Below are positions 41,305 to 53,970 of a stretch of DNA of 64,000 nucleotides, one piece after another. The notes below the pieces were generated by a model that searched no databases, was not told where the DNA came from, and saw only the letters and a program-made list of their open reading frames with translations. The position numbers were made by a program, and so were the translations under genes. Position 1 is the first letter of the stretch. Each line of letters opens with the position of its first letter. The DNA comes from the human T2T-CHM13v2.0 reference genome, Homo sapiens, in the NCBI RefSeq assembly GCF_009914755.1, contig NC_060934.1, one strand, 5' to 3'.

Positions 41305-41394
41305 CTGCTTTCGTTCCTCAGAGTTGAGCAGGAGATAGCGTGGGTCAAACACGATTTTGTGTAATTCTTTCTCCCAGGTAGAAAATGCTGATAC
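41305..41394 (-). CDS. TCERG1L: TCERG1L coding exon, 90 nt: [30 protein letters not shown] (core of first FF domain)
   Basis: ctttctttag|GTATCA...AAGCAG|gtaact; 30 codons, phase 0-0. The [16 protein letters not shown] motif is typical of FF domains. Confidence 0.95.
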
Positions 41395-41839
41395 CTAAAG
41401 AAAGATATTCAATAGAGTTGCTGTTAGCGTCTAATGCTAAGCCTGAAGCCGCCCTGAAATGATCCACAGTTAAAAACAAATGAACAACAAAAACCAGCAT
41501 TAAAGTACAATAGATTCCGTGATGTGGTGCAGTATAAGTGTTAGACATGTCAGATGCTCCAAGAAAACCAATACTAGAACATCAGAAAATTTAATTTCTA
41601 GACTCATGACTATTTCTTTCTTGGGTATCTTTCAGGGGTGTGTCCCCCGATCTGAAACCCCAATTATACCTGTGGAGGCGTGGCATTCTGGAACAACCCA
41701 TTTCAAAAGGGGAAATTATATTGGTAAAAATTTTCAGAACCCCCACAGACCATAACAAAGAGTAATGTCTTGAAAACAGGCTGAGTTTAGGTGATTTGTA
41801 ATCAAAGTTTAACCTCTTTTAGGTAGGTCATTTTAAAAA

Positions 41840-43180
41840 TAAATTATTTTGTTTGCAATAGTTTTAGACGTACTAAAAATTTGCAAGAATATTACAGAAA
41901 GTTACCATATACTCATACCCAGTTTCTCACGTCGTTAACATATTAGTAGGCTAGATTCGTCACCACTAACCATGACGCATTATTACTAACAATAGTCTGC
42001 ATTTATTCAGATTTCTTTAGGTTTTACCCAATTTTCCATTTCTGCCAAGGACCTCATCACATTTCGCTGCCATATCTCCTTGGACTCCTCTTGGCTGTGA
42101 CAGGGTCTCAGATGGCCCTTGCCGTTGATGACCTTGATGGTTTGAGGAGCCCTGGTCAGGTGCATTGCAGGACACTCCTCAGTTGGGATTTGTCTGAGGT
42201 TTTCCTCGTAAATAGCCTGGGGTTATGGGTTTGGGGAGGAAGACCACACAGGTAAATGCCATTCTCATCATGTCATAACAAGGGTACACACACTGCTGAC
42301 ATGACTCTTCACTGACAGTGGTGGCCGTGGTCGGCTGGCTGAGGTCTCCCCACTGTGAAGTCCCCCTCTCCATGCTGTCCTCTCTGGAAGGACATCGCCA
42401 TACACAGCCCACACTTAGGGGTACAGGTTGTGCTCCACTTCCGAGGAGAAGTAGCTACATGAGTGACTGGGAAATGTCCTGGGGGGGATACTCCTCCAGG
42501 CCTCCACATTACTTATGTACTCAATCTTTTATTTATATTGCTACAGACTCATGGATATTTAGCCCATGCTCAGGCTGGACTCCAGTCATGAGTGACTGGG
42601 AAATGTTCTGGAGGCAGGAGGTGATGGAATACTCGTTCATGCCTCCATGTTACTTATGTACTCATCCTTGTATTTATATTGCTATGGACTCATGGATATT
42701 TAGCCCATGCTAGGGCTGGACTCCAGTCATGAGTGACTGGGAAATGTTCCGGAGGGGGGTGGGAATACTCGTTCATGCCTCCACATTACTTATGTACTCA
42801 ATCTTTTATTTATATTGCTACGGACTCATGGATACTCAGCCCATGCTTGGGCTGGACTCCAGTGTGACTTTGCTTCTTTTCCTGCTCAGCTTCTTTGAGG
42901 TTGGCCTTGGCGAGCTCCCGTGGTGGGTTCCCGGCTCCTGTGTGCCTCTGACAGGTGCTCATCACTTGGCTTTTTGGGCATCTCCTTAATTTCTGCTACT
43001 AAAGATGCTCCAGGCTTATCTTCTGCATGTCCCACCTTTGCCCTTGAATCAGTCAATTCTCCAAGAAGCCCTGGCTCCTTTCCTAGAACGGTGTTAGAAA
43101 CCAAGATCCAGGCACTGGTGTGTTCATTGCTAGTGAGGTGTTGTTGCTTCTAGACTCTCTCAGCTGACAAAGCAAGGGAA
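41840..43180 (-). mobile_element. Old L1MC/MD-type 3' region
   Basis: tttgcaatagttttagac...gatgaccttgatggtttgaggag...ttagaaaccaagatc phrases. Confidence 0.65.
42458..42863. repeat. Tandem triplication (129-141-bp units) within the L1 relic
   Basis: catgagtgactgggaaatgt at 42458, 42587 and 42728. Confidence 0.9.
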
Positions 43181-43204
43181 TGTTTAAGCCATTTAGAACA
43201 TAAA

Positions 43205-43750
43205 TGCATTCATTTAAAAACATGGACTATGTATTCACTGTGCCTTGGGCCCCAAGCTGGGTGTTGAGGATCTTGAGAAAATAAATCAAGGAAGCCCATG
43301 GTCTAAGGTAGTGCCGGTCTAGGAGCTAACAGACTCTTGAGATGGCACTAGGGCCATGGCGGAGACAGACCTGGACACTAGTGGGACCCAGCAAAGACCC
43401 ACAGCAGCCTAGGGAGGCGGCTTCCAGAGTGCTGTGACTTTGGAACATGAATACTCCTCAGGGTTCACAAAGGAGCCTTGGGGGGTATTCCAGGACCAGC
43501 TGGTGGTGGGGACAAAGGCTGGGTCATGAACTATGGGGAATGCAGGAATTGCAAGAGGTTGAACATGCCTGGGGGTGCAAGAGCCAATGAAGGTGCAGGG
43601 AAGTGGCAGCAGAGACAGAGGCTGAAGTGTAGGGCAGTCTGAGATGTGGTTAGGAGACTGAGCATTGTCTTGAGAGACAGGAGAGAAGAAAATTCAGATG
43701 GGGCGTACGTTTGAGGAAGGCCACCCTGGGATCCGGGCAGATGAATACCT
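43205..43750 (-). mobile_element. L2 remnant, degraded
   Basis: cattcattt...tattcactgtgcc...ctgggtgttgagga; boundaries rough. Confidence 0.4.
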
Positions 43751-44020
43751 GGGCAGGGTCAGGGAGGGGAAGGTAATTGAAAGTTTACAAAAACAAAACC
43801 CCATTCACATTCTTAAAATATTCTTCATAGAGGTACTATTTCAATAAACACATGCTTTATTTGTATATTATAAGAGATGAATTTTCTTCACTGGCAATTT
43901 CTATCTTTAACTGTCAAATTTAAGCCTTTTCTGTAATACCCACGAGCTCTTTTATTGGGTGGGATGACCCAGGGTCCAGCTAGGATTCTCCTCCACAGAG
44001 TGAGAACCCGGTGAAGCATA

Positions 44021-44175
44021 GCTGGGTCTCAGGGCAAGGTGGCAACTCTGGGAGGGTCTCCAGACAGAATGGATCCCTTTAGCTTCGACTGAGTGCCATT
44101 GCTGGGACTCAGGGCGAGGTGGCAACTCTGGGAGGGTCTCCAAGCAGAATGGATCCCTTTAGCTTTGACTAGTGC
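44021..44175. repeat. Tandem duplication, 2 x 80 bp
   Basis: ctcagggcRaggtggcaactctgggagggtctcca at 44028 and 44108. Confidence 0.9.
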
Positions 44176-44759
44176 ACCTGCCCCCGGGAGCATCTGGGGC
44201 CGTTAGAGAAGCTATGGGCAGCCACCACTCAGCCCAATAAGATGGCACACACCCACCTCACGGGGACCTGTGCATAGCCCGATGGTCCCAGCTCTGCAGG
44301 GAGAGAGGATTAGACCCTATGTGGCATAACGACACCAGTTTCTGGAAAATGTTGGAGTTCTAGAAGTATAATAAAATAATTTTTCAATGAATGATGTGTA
44401 GTTTTTGCCCCCGAAGGGATTTATAATCTCTATAGAAGGTCAGATAAGCCATCTCTACAATGATTACAACTCATAATGATAAAACCAACTGTGTCATGTC
44501 AGGGACAGTTCAGGGAAGGGTGAGAGCACAGTGGCTGGGACCCGGGATGGAGGTGGGGGCTGAAGTGAAGGCCGCACAGCCATGTGTGAAACAGGGTCTT
44601 TCCCTGCCCTCCAGGTGGGCGCAGGACTTCTCCCAAAGGGTCCTGACAGGTATGGGGACGAGGAGTCCTATGAACTGCTCCTGAGGGAAGCCTGTTGTTC
44701 CCGAGCCTGCGTGAAACACTTACGATGCCCAGAGAGTACATTCCATGGGGCCACGATTG

Positions 44760-44994
44760 CACACATGTGTGTGACTATACACACACACATAAGCACACAC
44801 ACCACACATACAAACATCCACAGAGGTGCATATACACATGCAGGTGCACACACATGCAAACACATGAACACACCCAGGACACGCTAAGATATACATACGC
44901 AGGCACACATGTACACATGCACATGTACATAGTTGCACAAATGCACACATACGCACAAAGATGCACACATTGATACACACATGCACATGTGTGC

Positions 44995-45025
<31 letters not shown>
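44760..45025. repeat. Degenerate (CA)n ending in a pure (CA)n microsatellite
   Basis: Direct inspection. Confidence 0.9.
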
Positions 45026-45031
<6 letters not shown>

Positions 45032-45438
45032 CACTACCACCACCAAGGAAGTCCAACATTGTAGAACAACCAGGGGAAGAAAGCCCGTCAACTGAGTAGA
45101 CAGCAAGCTGCCTATCTCTTTTAAGTCCGTCTATGTCGTGGGACTGTTCTCTAAGTGGCCGTGGACAAAACCGGCTCTCCCTGTTTCTGGCTGGTACCTG
45201 TCCAGAATGACTGGAATGCACTGGGAATGCAACAGACTGAGAACAGCCAGGCTTTGTTTGGGCCCCACCCCAGAAATAAGACATCCTTCAAGCTTTAGCC
45301 CAGCGTTTCACAGGACCCCAGGGTAGAAAACCACTGTGGGCTGCTTTCTGGGATTCCTCGGTTACAGCGAAGGGTAGATGAGACTCCGTCCCCTCCTTGC
45401 AGCTTTCCTGGTCCTGGGGGACTGGTTCACAAGGCACC

Positions 45439-45564
45439 CTCATCTTCTACCACCCTTGCTTCCTGTCTGTGGGGAATAAACGCACTTCAGATGATTTGCT
45501 GCTCATCTTCTACCACCCTTGCTTCCTGTCTGTGGGGAATAAACCCACTTCAGATGATTTGCTG
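45439..45564. repeat. Near-perfect tandem duplication, 2 x 63 bp
   Basis: ctcatcttctaccacccttgcttcctgtctgtggggaataaac... at 45439 and 45502; one substitution seen. Confidence 0.92.
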
Positions 45565-45634
45565 TGTGCGTGGGTGTTCTGTCTCAGCAGCCTCACACAG
45601 GCGGCTGACCAGTGCCCAGTGAATCTCCTTCACA

Positions 45635-46150
45635 TCTTAGTTTCTATCGCTGCATAAGCAACGACTTCAAACTCAGCGGGTCACAAGCACCACCTCGGAT
45701 CACTCCCTGGGCTGTGTGGGTCCTGAGTCCAGCATGGGGGCATTGGGCTCCTCAGCCCAGATCCCACTGGGCTGAGATGAGGTGCCGGCAGGGGCTTTGC
45801 TCGCGTCTGGTGCTTGGGGTCCTCTTCCAAGCTCACTGGATGTTGCGAGAATTCAGGTCTTGTGGTTGCAGGGCTGAAGTTTTCCATGTCTTCAGCCAGC
45901 TAAGAGCCAATCTTGGCTCCGAGCGGCTGCCTGCAGGTCCTTGCCCCAGGGCCCCCACAGTGGGGCAGCTTCTTCAAGCCAGTGAGAGAATCTCCCCCTG
46001 GCTAAGGCAGAGTCTTAGACAACACAGTGCAACATCGCCACGGGTGTGACATGGGCCCCGTCCACGCTCAAGGAGAGGACCACCCAGGATGAGCACAGTG
46101 TTGTGGGGTGGGGGGGGTGGAGGGTGGTGCTTAGAACCCCATCTGCCCAG
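45635..46150 (-). mobile_element. MaLR LTR (MLT1 E/F/G-like)
   Basis: ttagtttctatcgctgcataa...cttccaagctcactggatgttg...aattcag...gttgcagggctga. Confidence 0.6.
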
Positions 46151-46425
46151 CACGTCCCCGAGACCAGGACACGCTGTTCCTCTCTCAGCAGAGATCTCTC
46201 TCTCTCCTCTTGCCTAACACTTCTTTGATTCTTTGGCATTTTATTTGTGACTTGATCCTTAAAGACCTGAATTCTTCTGTAAACTTCAGACCCTTTCCTG
46301 CAGAAGTTTGTGATCCACCCCCTTCCTCACCCCGCTGTACATCGTCACATCACGCCCTGACGAACAGTGACAGTGATCCTGGTGCCCGTCTCAGCACGCC
46401 TGTTGTCTGTCCCCCTGTGGATGAC

Positions 46426-46543
46426 GTGGCCGTGTCTGTGACCGTGGCTGGGTCTGTGACCGTGACCATGTCTGTGACTGTGGCTGTGTCTGTGACTGTG
46501 GCTGTGTCTGTGTCTGTGTCTGTGTCTGTGGCTGTGTCTGTGA
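46426..46543. repeat. Hexamer-based repeat (GTGNCY)n
   Basis: gtgtct/gtgact/gtggct units. Confidence 0.9.
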
Positions 46544-49500
46544 ACGCTGGAGCCGCCTCAGTGGGAGAACAACAGGGTCTTGTTCTGTCCCCCCGGCTGG
46601 AGTGAGAGTGTTTGACTCTGTCCGAGGACCGTGTTGCGGGTCCCTCACTGCACATTCTCATCTGATCGCTGTTTCAGGACTGTCCCTCCGCCCTGTCTGA
46701 ATCACGAGAGTGGGAACTGGAGGTCACCTGGGCTGGGCTGGAGTTGTGCCCTTTCTTCCACTCTCAGCCTCCTGCAGCGGGACTCTCCTCTCTCCCTGGG
46801 CACGCCGGCTGGAGCTCCTCTGTTCCCTCATTAGTGTCTGGGTTGCAATAGATTCCCTCCCATTTCCACAGTGGAAGAAGCCAGAGCTGGTTGTTAGAAA
46901 CGCAGGCGCCAGAAGGAGCTGCAGAGGAGGCGGTGTGGATGCAGGCCAGGGCGGCAGTTTCCAAACTCGGCAGATGCCTCATCAAAATGGACATCGCCCA
47001 AGCATCACTCTGCAGATAGTGGCCGGCTGGCAGCAGGTGTCCTTGACTGCAGGTCGCGTGTGGCACCGTCCCAGCCCGCAGGCATCTCGCTGGAGAGTGG
47101 ACAGGCACCGGGAGTCTGAGGTTCAGGAAGGGAAACTGCACCTTCTTCACAGCCAAGGGAACTGGACTGTCCCTTTCACAGCGGTTTTCAACATCCTCTC
47201 AGTGACAAGGACGTGGTCTGGAGAACCCAAAAGTGTTTTCCAGATCAAGTGGCAAGATGCAGACCACGCGGGCAAAGCATTTGGTCATGGTCATCTGGTT
47301 CTGAGACAGACACAACTGTCTCCTAACCACCCTCCTCCCTGCCGTGTCACCTCCCTCAACTCACACCCTCTAAAACTTCTCCTCCTTGAGGCCTCAGGTG
47401 AGTCCACAATTCAGCTGAGTGCTTGTGGCCCTGGTGGTCTCACCCCGGCTCCCTCCCAGCATTAAGGGGGCAGCTTCTCTGGCCAGCTGAGCTGTGAGTG
47501 GCTCCCAGGAGCCCCAGGTTTACCCTGAGCACCCACAGCAGCTTGAGCAGACTCTCAGCAGGGAAGAGACCCCAAAGCACGGCCCGAGCCCAGCACTGTC
47601 CACGCCTCCTGCTGTGGATGGGCCAGGGTGAGCTCCTGCCTGAAATGGGGCACCTCAGCCCCGGGAAGGCAGCCAAGACCTTGGGCATGAAGAAAAAGGT
47701 CACCATTTATAAAACAACGCCAGGGAAAACTAGATCTAACTTCAGTCCCGGCTTCACCAAAAGCCTCTCTGGAGACTGAGAAACTCATCGTGCATTGTTC
47801 CAGTGGACGCGTCAGCCCTGAGAAAAGGGGGTTCAATTCAAGTAAAGTGGCTGAGAGCTCGAGGATGGCTCAGCCACATGTGGGACGCCAAAGTCCTGGA
47901 GGTGCCCCATGCGTGTGATGGCTCCCGGAGGTTATCACGGACAGGACACGACTGGATTGGCAGGGAACCTCCGACAGAAGCAGAACGCTGCCTTCCATCT
48001 CTAAAACCAAAAAAAGGCTCTTTCAAGTAATTTTCAATCCCTGGATCATGGAAAAGGCCAGCGATCCTGATGACCAGAGAAAAGGGCGAAAGCTAGCAAA
48101 AGGATGGCACCTGCCGAGTCCTGAACTGGAGGATAAAGCCCCAGCCTTGAGAGGGCCTCAGATCAGGGGCGCAGTCCACGGCCTCTCCAAGGAAAGCTGG
48201 AGCCATGCCCGCTCCGACCCTGACACTGGGGCTGGGCTCAGCCGGGCACACTCACGTGCATCTGCAGAAACGTGTGTCTGTCTGTCTGCACCGTCCGCCC
48301 CCACCCACCCTCATGGCTCCCTGCTGTGGTCCTCAGGGTGTCCCAGGGACAGCAGCTGCAGTCTCTGCCCCTCAAGGAAAGCTGGGTCATACAGGGCCCC
48401 CAAACATGGCGAACTTCCATCTCAAACACAAACCTGGTTACTTTTGCGAAAGTCCTGGAAGCTAATGTTTTGACCAAATTTGACTGTTAAACAAAATGTA
48501 TTTATTTACTTTTACTTCCTTGTACCTTAAAATGGCCATAATAGACCGGGAGCATGAAGTGTTAATCGAATTAGAGGTGATTTTTCCTTCTGGCTTTTAT
48601 GAGTGCAAACGTCCTAAGGAAGGAAGCAATCTGTCACAATTACCCTCTCTCAATGACCCTGCAGCTGGACCTTTGAAATACGGTCACGATTTCCTCGCAC
48701 AGCCTGACCTTCCCCTCGTCCACGCCCCGTGGGCAGAGGACAGGCTGCGATTAGTTATCTTGGGGCCTGCGTGGAATTCACTCATGTAAATAATGAATAA
48801 AGCTCCTAGGTAACACTATATTTTTTCATGTTGTGTTGAAAACACAAGAAGACAGATAGACAAGCCAGACTGCTCCAAGGTGTTGAGGGCGGCCTGCCCT
48901 TGCAGCTGCCAAATAAGACACCGGCAGCCGAAAGGCATCTCCAGGTCCCTTGGTCCCTAGTCATGGGCCCTGCCCCCCAGCCTCTCTTCTCAGCGCAGGC
49001 TGCAGGCTGCTTGACCAGTGTCAGGACCCTCCCTCCCTTCCTGCCATCTTCCTCTCTCCTGTTTCTTTCTGCCTCCCCTGGTCTCAGGAAAATTGACCAA
49101 AGGCCTCCGCTGGGGCTGTAGAAGTTCAAGACCCCTGAGAGTGGGGGAATGGGCCCGGCCACACGGCACTCCCAGTGGCCACATGAAGAGGGTTCAAAAA
49201 TCTCCCTGGGGCCTGAGCCCAGGGTCTCTGCTTCCAGGGCCGGGGGCTGAAGACTTGGGCCACGCCCCTGTCCCCGAGCTCTGTCCAGATGTGCCCGCTC
49301 TATTTCTCCAGCTCTGACTCCCACACTGTCCTGGAGATGCCTGTCTGGATCTGCAGCCCACCCGGCCCCTCCTGGGCCCAGATGCCCCAACCTACCCCCA
49401 GCGGGCTCCTTCCCAGGACTTTCTCCCCCTGTCCCCCAGGCCCCCACTGTGCCTCCCACAAGCCCTAATGATGATGCCAGCTGCATGTGGACAGCCTTCA

Positions 49501-52184
49501 TTTTTGAGAAACTGCCTGGCTATTCTTCCCTTTCAACCTGCCCCACTCTGCGGCCCTCTTCTCCTGGCCTCTGGACTTTGCCTGCTCGCAGGGATGGGGA
49601 ACACTCCTGGAGCCTGTGGCTGTGGCTGCTCCAGAGTCCCCGACCGTCAAAAACGCGGCAGCCCAGGGTGGAATGACCGGGCTTCCACCTCATCCTTGAA
49701 GATGAGGCCATTGCCTTACGCTCAGATCCCTAAAGAAACAGTATGGCAATGGCCCGGCTGCAGGCATTTGTTTGGAAGGTGATTCCAGGCAGTCCTGGGA
49801 ACGGACACACGGAAGGAGACGAGCTAGTAATGGAGGGTGGGCCGTGGGGTGAGGAAGGTGCCCAAATTTGCCGAGCGGTAACCTTACCAAGGACTGGGAA
49901 GCAGGGTTTTCACCTACTGACCCCCGTCCCTCCTCGGTTGAGGGTCGCCCTTGGGGTGTTCAATCCCTAGCGTTTAGAGGTGGGAGTGGCCAGCACAGGC
50001 AGAGTTCCCGTGAGTCCAGGTGGCCCCGGGTGGACCCGGGTAACTGTGGGTGAGCGTGGATGGGAGGCTGGGCCTGCAGGCAAGGCCTCCTTCTGCATCC
50101 CTGCGTTACCCTACCTCGCGGCACATCAATGCCTACCCCCATCTTCAGTGCTCAGAGTATTTTACCAGCTTTTTGTTTTCATTTTTGGTGAATAAATGCA
50201 ATTTTACACGGTTATCCCACAATATAGCCAGCTGATTTCACTTACTTTTGAGGGTTACTTTCACATTAAGCGTAATTATAATCCCATTCCAGAAATTAGA
50301 GCGGGCAGTGCCAACTCCCCAAAGGCACCTTCAAGGATGCTGTCCGCACAGGCACCTCCCCTTCCCTGGTGGCCAGCCTAGCCCTTTCTGTGCACGCGTG
50401 CCCTGGCTGAAGGCTGGTGAAGCTCCTGGGAGGCAGAGTTGCCTGTGTCTGAGGGGAGGGAAGGGCACCAGATGTTACTCATCCGGGGAGACGGACAGGG
50501 CAAGGCTGCCCTTCCTTCTGCCTGGGACTGTAGAGGCCTCTGTCTGGTTTGTACCCACTCACCCCACAGCCTCGCTGTCAACACCCATCTTAGCACAAGG
50601 AGAAATCGTCACAGCGAAGCCTGCAGGAACCCTGCTCTGTGAATCCCTCACTCCATTGCAGACGTGGTACCAGGGCTCTCCTGTGTAGCCCACCACAGTG
50701 CCAGCCAGGGTCCCCGAGGCTGGGCATTGCTGGGAAGCTGGCCCAGGATCACCTGCAAAGGGACCCCTGAAAAGGACCAGGACAGCCCCTGAGTCCCTAA
50801 GTCAAAATAGAGTATTCTCAAAAGGACTTTCTCTCCTGGCCCCTGGGTGAGCATCACCTGCTTGTGAGAGATACTTTACAGAAGGAAAATGTTCTCAATA
50901 AAATGTCTCTAATGTGTTTACCTAAGCAGCAGGATTAAATTAATAACCTGCTGTTCAATTAAACTTGCTCCTGATGGACTAAAGTTTTAAAAGAAAGCTT
51001 CTTTGGGATTTGTACTAGCAAGGAAAAACACAATAAAACAAAACGAAAAACAAACCTTCTGCTGAACCATCATTTACATGCCACAAAACCACAAAACCTT
51101 CATCCCGCTGCCCCAGGGCACAATCCCCGTGGCAGGGCCCAAACTCTGCCCTTTTTAAACTACTAAAAACCGCAGGGTCCGTCCTTCATCACTCCACAAG
51201 TACATGAATTTCTGAACGGAAGTATTGAACAAATGCAATAACAAATCTTATTAATCACTCAGTCCATGAAAAAGTGACCTTTCTATACCTCATTGTTAAG
51301 CAGCTAGAAACCTTATGGGTTTAGCTATCAAATTCTCCTCAGCCTGAGCAAATCTGCCAGCATATTTTACAAAGCTGAAAAGTCATAAATGGTGGCATTG
51401 CTTTATAATATTAGCAGTAAATTTGGATTGATCTTTTCTACTCATGAGGTCTGTGTATGTGGGCCTCTCCTGAAAATCCTCATAAGACACGGGACTAGGC
51501 TTCACCCTAGTCCCTTTCTCTCGGGGTAAACACACAACCTGGTGGTTACCGCTTCACGTTCAGATGATTTTGCTGATTCCTGTATAATAACCTGGGAAGA
51601 AAAAGTTGAAACGAACCACCCACCCTAAACGGGGTAAAAAGGCCCTGAAAATCTCATTAGTAAAATCTCTCAACCAAGGCCATTTAGAGAAATTCAAGAG
51701 GCCATGTAAACTGAGTCTGATAGCATCCCTGCCCGGGAAGGGAAGGCCGGCCTCTCAAGCAGGTAGGTTAGTTTAAAACTGTGTTGGTAAATTGGGCCTG
51801 GCTCATTTCCAAAACAAAGAGATGAAAAACTTGGACGTTAGTAAGATAAAAGGAATGTTTATTCCTCTTTCCCAAATGTTCACGATGCCATCATGTTTCA
51901 GCAAACACGAGTCATGTCTCCTGCCCGATAATCCAACCAGGCCAGCCTGGCCAGGCCTATTCAGAAACTCAGAATTACGGCCATTTCCACAAGGGCCGTG
52001 CAGTCCGAGGGACACAGCAGTAAGGACCGGGAAACTGCCTGCACGTGCACCTGTGGGTCACAAAACGGCCTCTCCTGCCTCTCGCCCAATGACACCCCTG
52101 AACCTGACCCTGCTCCCAGGCAGGGCTCTCCTAGAAGGTGGCTATTTTGGTAAGACACTGCCGCCAGGGCATGTGCCGATATAG

Positions 52185-52372
52185 GCAAGTTTCCTGTGAG
52201 AGGGCCGCCTAGTCACTGGCTGGACACTTGGACATCAGGCCATCCACCAGGATAAAGAAGAGTCCGTGAAGGCACACGGTGATCACCCGGCAGCACCTCC
52301 CCTGGAGCCCCTCGGGGCAGGGCTAGAGCTTTTCACCACTCTGCAGAGACCAAGTTGGGAGAAACTACAACA
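52185..52372 (-). mobile_element. ERVL-type LTR fragment (MER74/MER73-like)
   Basis: caagtttcctgtgagaggg...ccaggataaagaag...gggcagggctagag...acaaca. Confidence 0.45.
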
Positions 52373-53597
52373 AAGACCCTCATGCCAAGAGCAGGAGGAG
52401 GGCAGGAAGCCCCAGGGGCAGAAGAGGGAGGGACTAAAGTCTTGTTTTCAAACAAAATTTGAGCCTAGTAAAAATAGCTTTTAAAATAACATTTTTTGAA
52501 AAACAAACCAACACCCAGGCGTCCACATCGCGCCAGGGCCGGATCCACACGCGCGCGTCCACGTCGCGCTCTGTGCCTCTCAGCACGTGTGTTAATTCAG
52601 GCCTGACACGGGGTATTGCAGTCACCAGCTCACACCCCCACTTTTCCTTCTGGTTCCCTGAGGCCCAGGGCTGTGTTTCGCCTTTGAGTAAATGATGAAA
52701 TACATAAACAGGTGCACACATTCAAATTCAAGGGGCTTTGGAGGGGAGGTGTCCCTAGGGGTGGGTGGGACCAGCTCCTTCCTCCATAAAATTCCTAAGG
52801 GGTAGGACCTGCTCAATGTTCTCTGTTCCCCCAAGGCTTAACCCAGACCCAGGACAGCACCTCAGCCCTAACTAACCCTGTGAGGGTTCTGCTCAGACCT
52901 CTCTGTTCTGCAGGGAGCTGGGTCCCCATGGCAGCTCCACCCCTGCCCCCTCTCCAGGACCCTGGGAGTTACCAGCTGTGGGAGGGAGAGGAAGCAGCCT
53001 GAGGGGTGGGTGCTGGCTGCAGAGGAAACCTGCTCTGAAGTCTGAAAGGCCATTTGCGTGTTCATTATAAACATCCTCACACGTGGGGCCCACCACTGCC
53101 GCCTGCAGTCAGCCTTATTTTGTAAGGAAATCCAACTGGGCTGAAATACTGCCTCTGGCTCATTTTATACCCAAAGCCAAAGCAGGAAATGATAGTCATT
53201 GAAAGGAGATCTGAATACAAAATCCCCCCGACCCCCAAGTCAAAGTGAGACTTGGAAATCAGCTACACTGAAGATATCTTAATTTTATTTAAAAAACAGT
53301 CACGTTCATCTGAAGGGAGGGAGTACCACTAGGTAGGATGGATAGATAACCCCATGGGGAAGCTAAACAGTGAGGTCGGGCACCGCGACTGGCCCAGCTC
53401 CCACAGGAACCCCATCTGTGCAGTGGGTGCTCCCTCAGGCCACCCAGGACCCGGCCTCCCGGTGGACCCCACCTGCCGGCCTCTCAGGCCTCACGCCCAC
53501 AGGAGAAACCACAAAGGCACCTTTCTCCTTTCAGAGGAGAAGCAGGACCTCCTCTCCACTTTGGCTGCCCCTCGGCCTCCACTCACTTAGCACCTGC

Positions 53598-53780
53598 CTC
53601 TCACTCAGCACAATCAGGAACTTAGTAAGGGGGAGGCATCCCTCAGGCCCTGGGATGGCGACTCAGCCTGAACAGGAACTCAGTAAGGAGGACACATCAT
53701 CTCTCAGGCCAGGACAGTCACTCAGCCTGATCATGAACTCAGTGAGGAGGCGACCCTCAGGCAGGGACGGCCACTCAGCT
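53598..53780. repeat. Diverged tandem repeat, ~3 x 57 bp, just inside the intron after the 53835 donor
   Basis: actcag at 53603, 53661, 53720 and 53773, with gaactYagtRagg and ctcaggc in each unit. Confidence 0.7.
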
Positions 53781-53834
53781 GCTGTTCCCCCGGGTCTGCC
53801 GTAGGAGTGCAGCCCCTCAGCCGCTGTGCCTTAC

Positions 53835-53970
53835 CCCTCTCTCCAGCAGCATGTCTCGGAAGTGGGTCACACGCTCCTCCAGAGGCAGGAGGATCTGCGG
53901 GGGCGGCGTCCTTGTGCCTTTGTCCTCTCTCTTTGCCTCCTCTGGCTTGGGACTCCCGCAGCCTTCGGTC
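53835..53970 (-). CDS. TCERG1L: TCERG1L internal coding exon (4th from last), 136 nt: (R)[45 protein letters not shown], start of first FF domain
   Basis: Minus strand reads ...gtgttcctgaag|GACCGAAGGC...AGAGGG|gtaagg with canonical AG/GT; 1 nt + 45 codons, ending in phase 0 and joining the next exon in frame. [16 protein letters not shown] resembles the first FF helix of the TCERG1 family. This frame is absent from the ORF track (no ATG). Confidence 0.93.

Noticed and set aside
46210-46661. VTVAVS, TDTAT and QTQ repeat ORFs
   Set aside because: Hexamer microsatellite read in open frames.
46710-47465. 251-aa ORF and similar 150-230-aa ORFs (13096, 18177, 26538, 28164, 48806)
   Set aside because: No recognisable domains or exon structure; expected in GC-rich non-coding DNA.
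51491-51520. Perfect 9-bp hairpin gggactagg-cttcac-cctagtccc followed by ttt
   Set aside because: Resembles a bacterial intrinsic terminator, but this is a human intron. It is too short for a pre-miRNA and plausible by chance in 64 kb.
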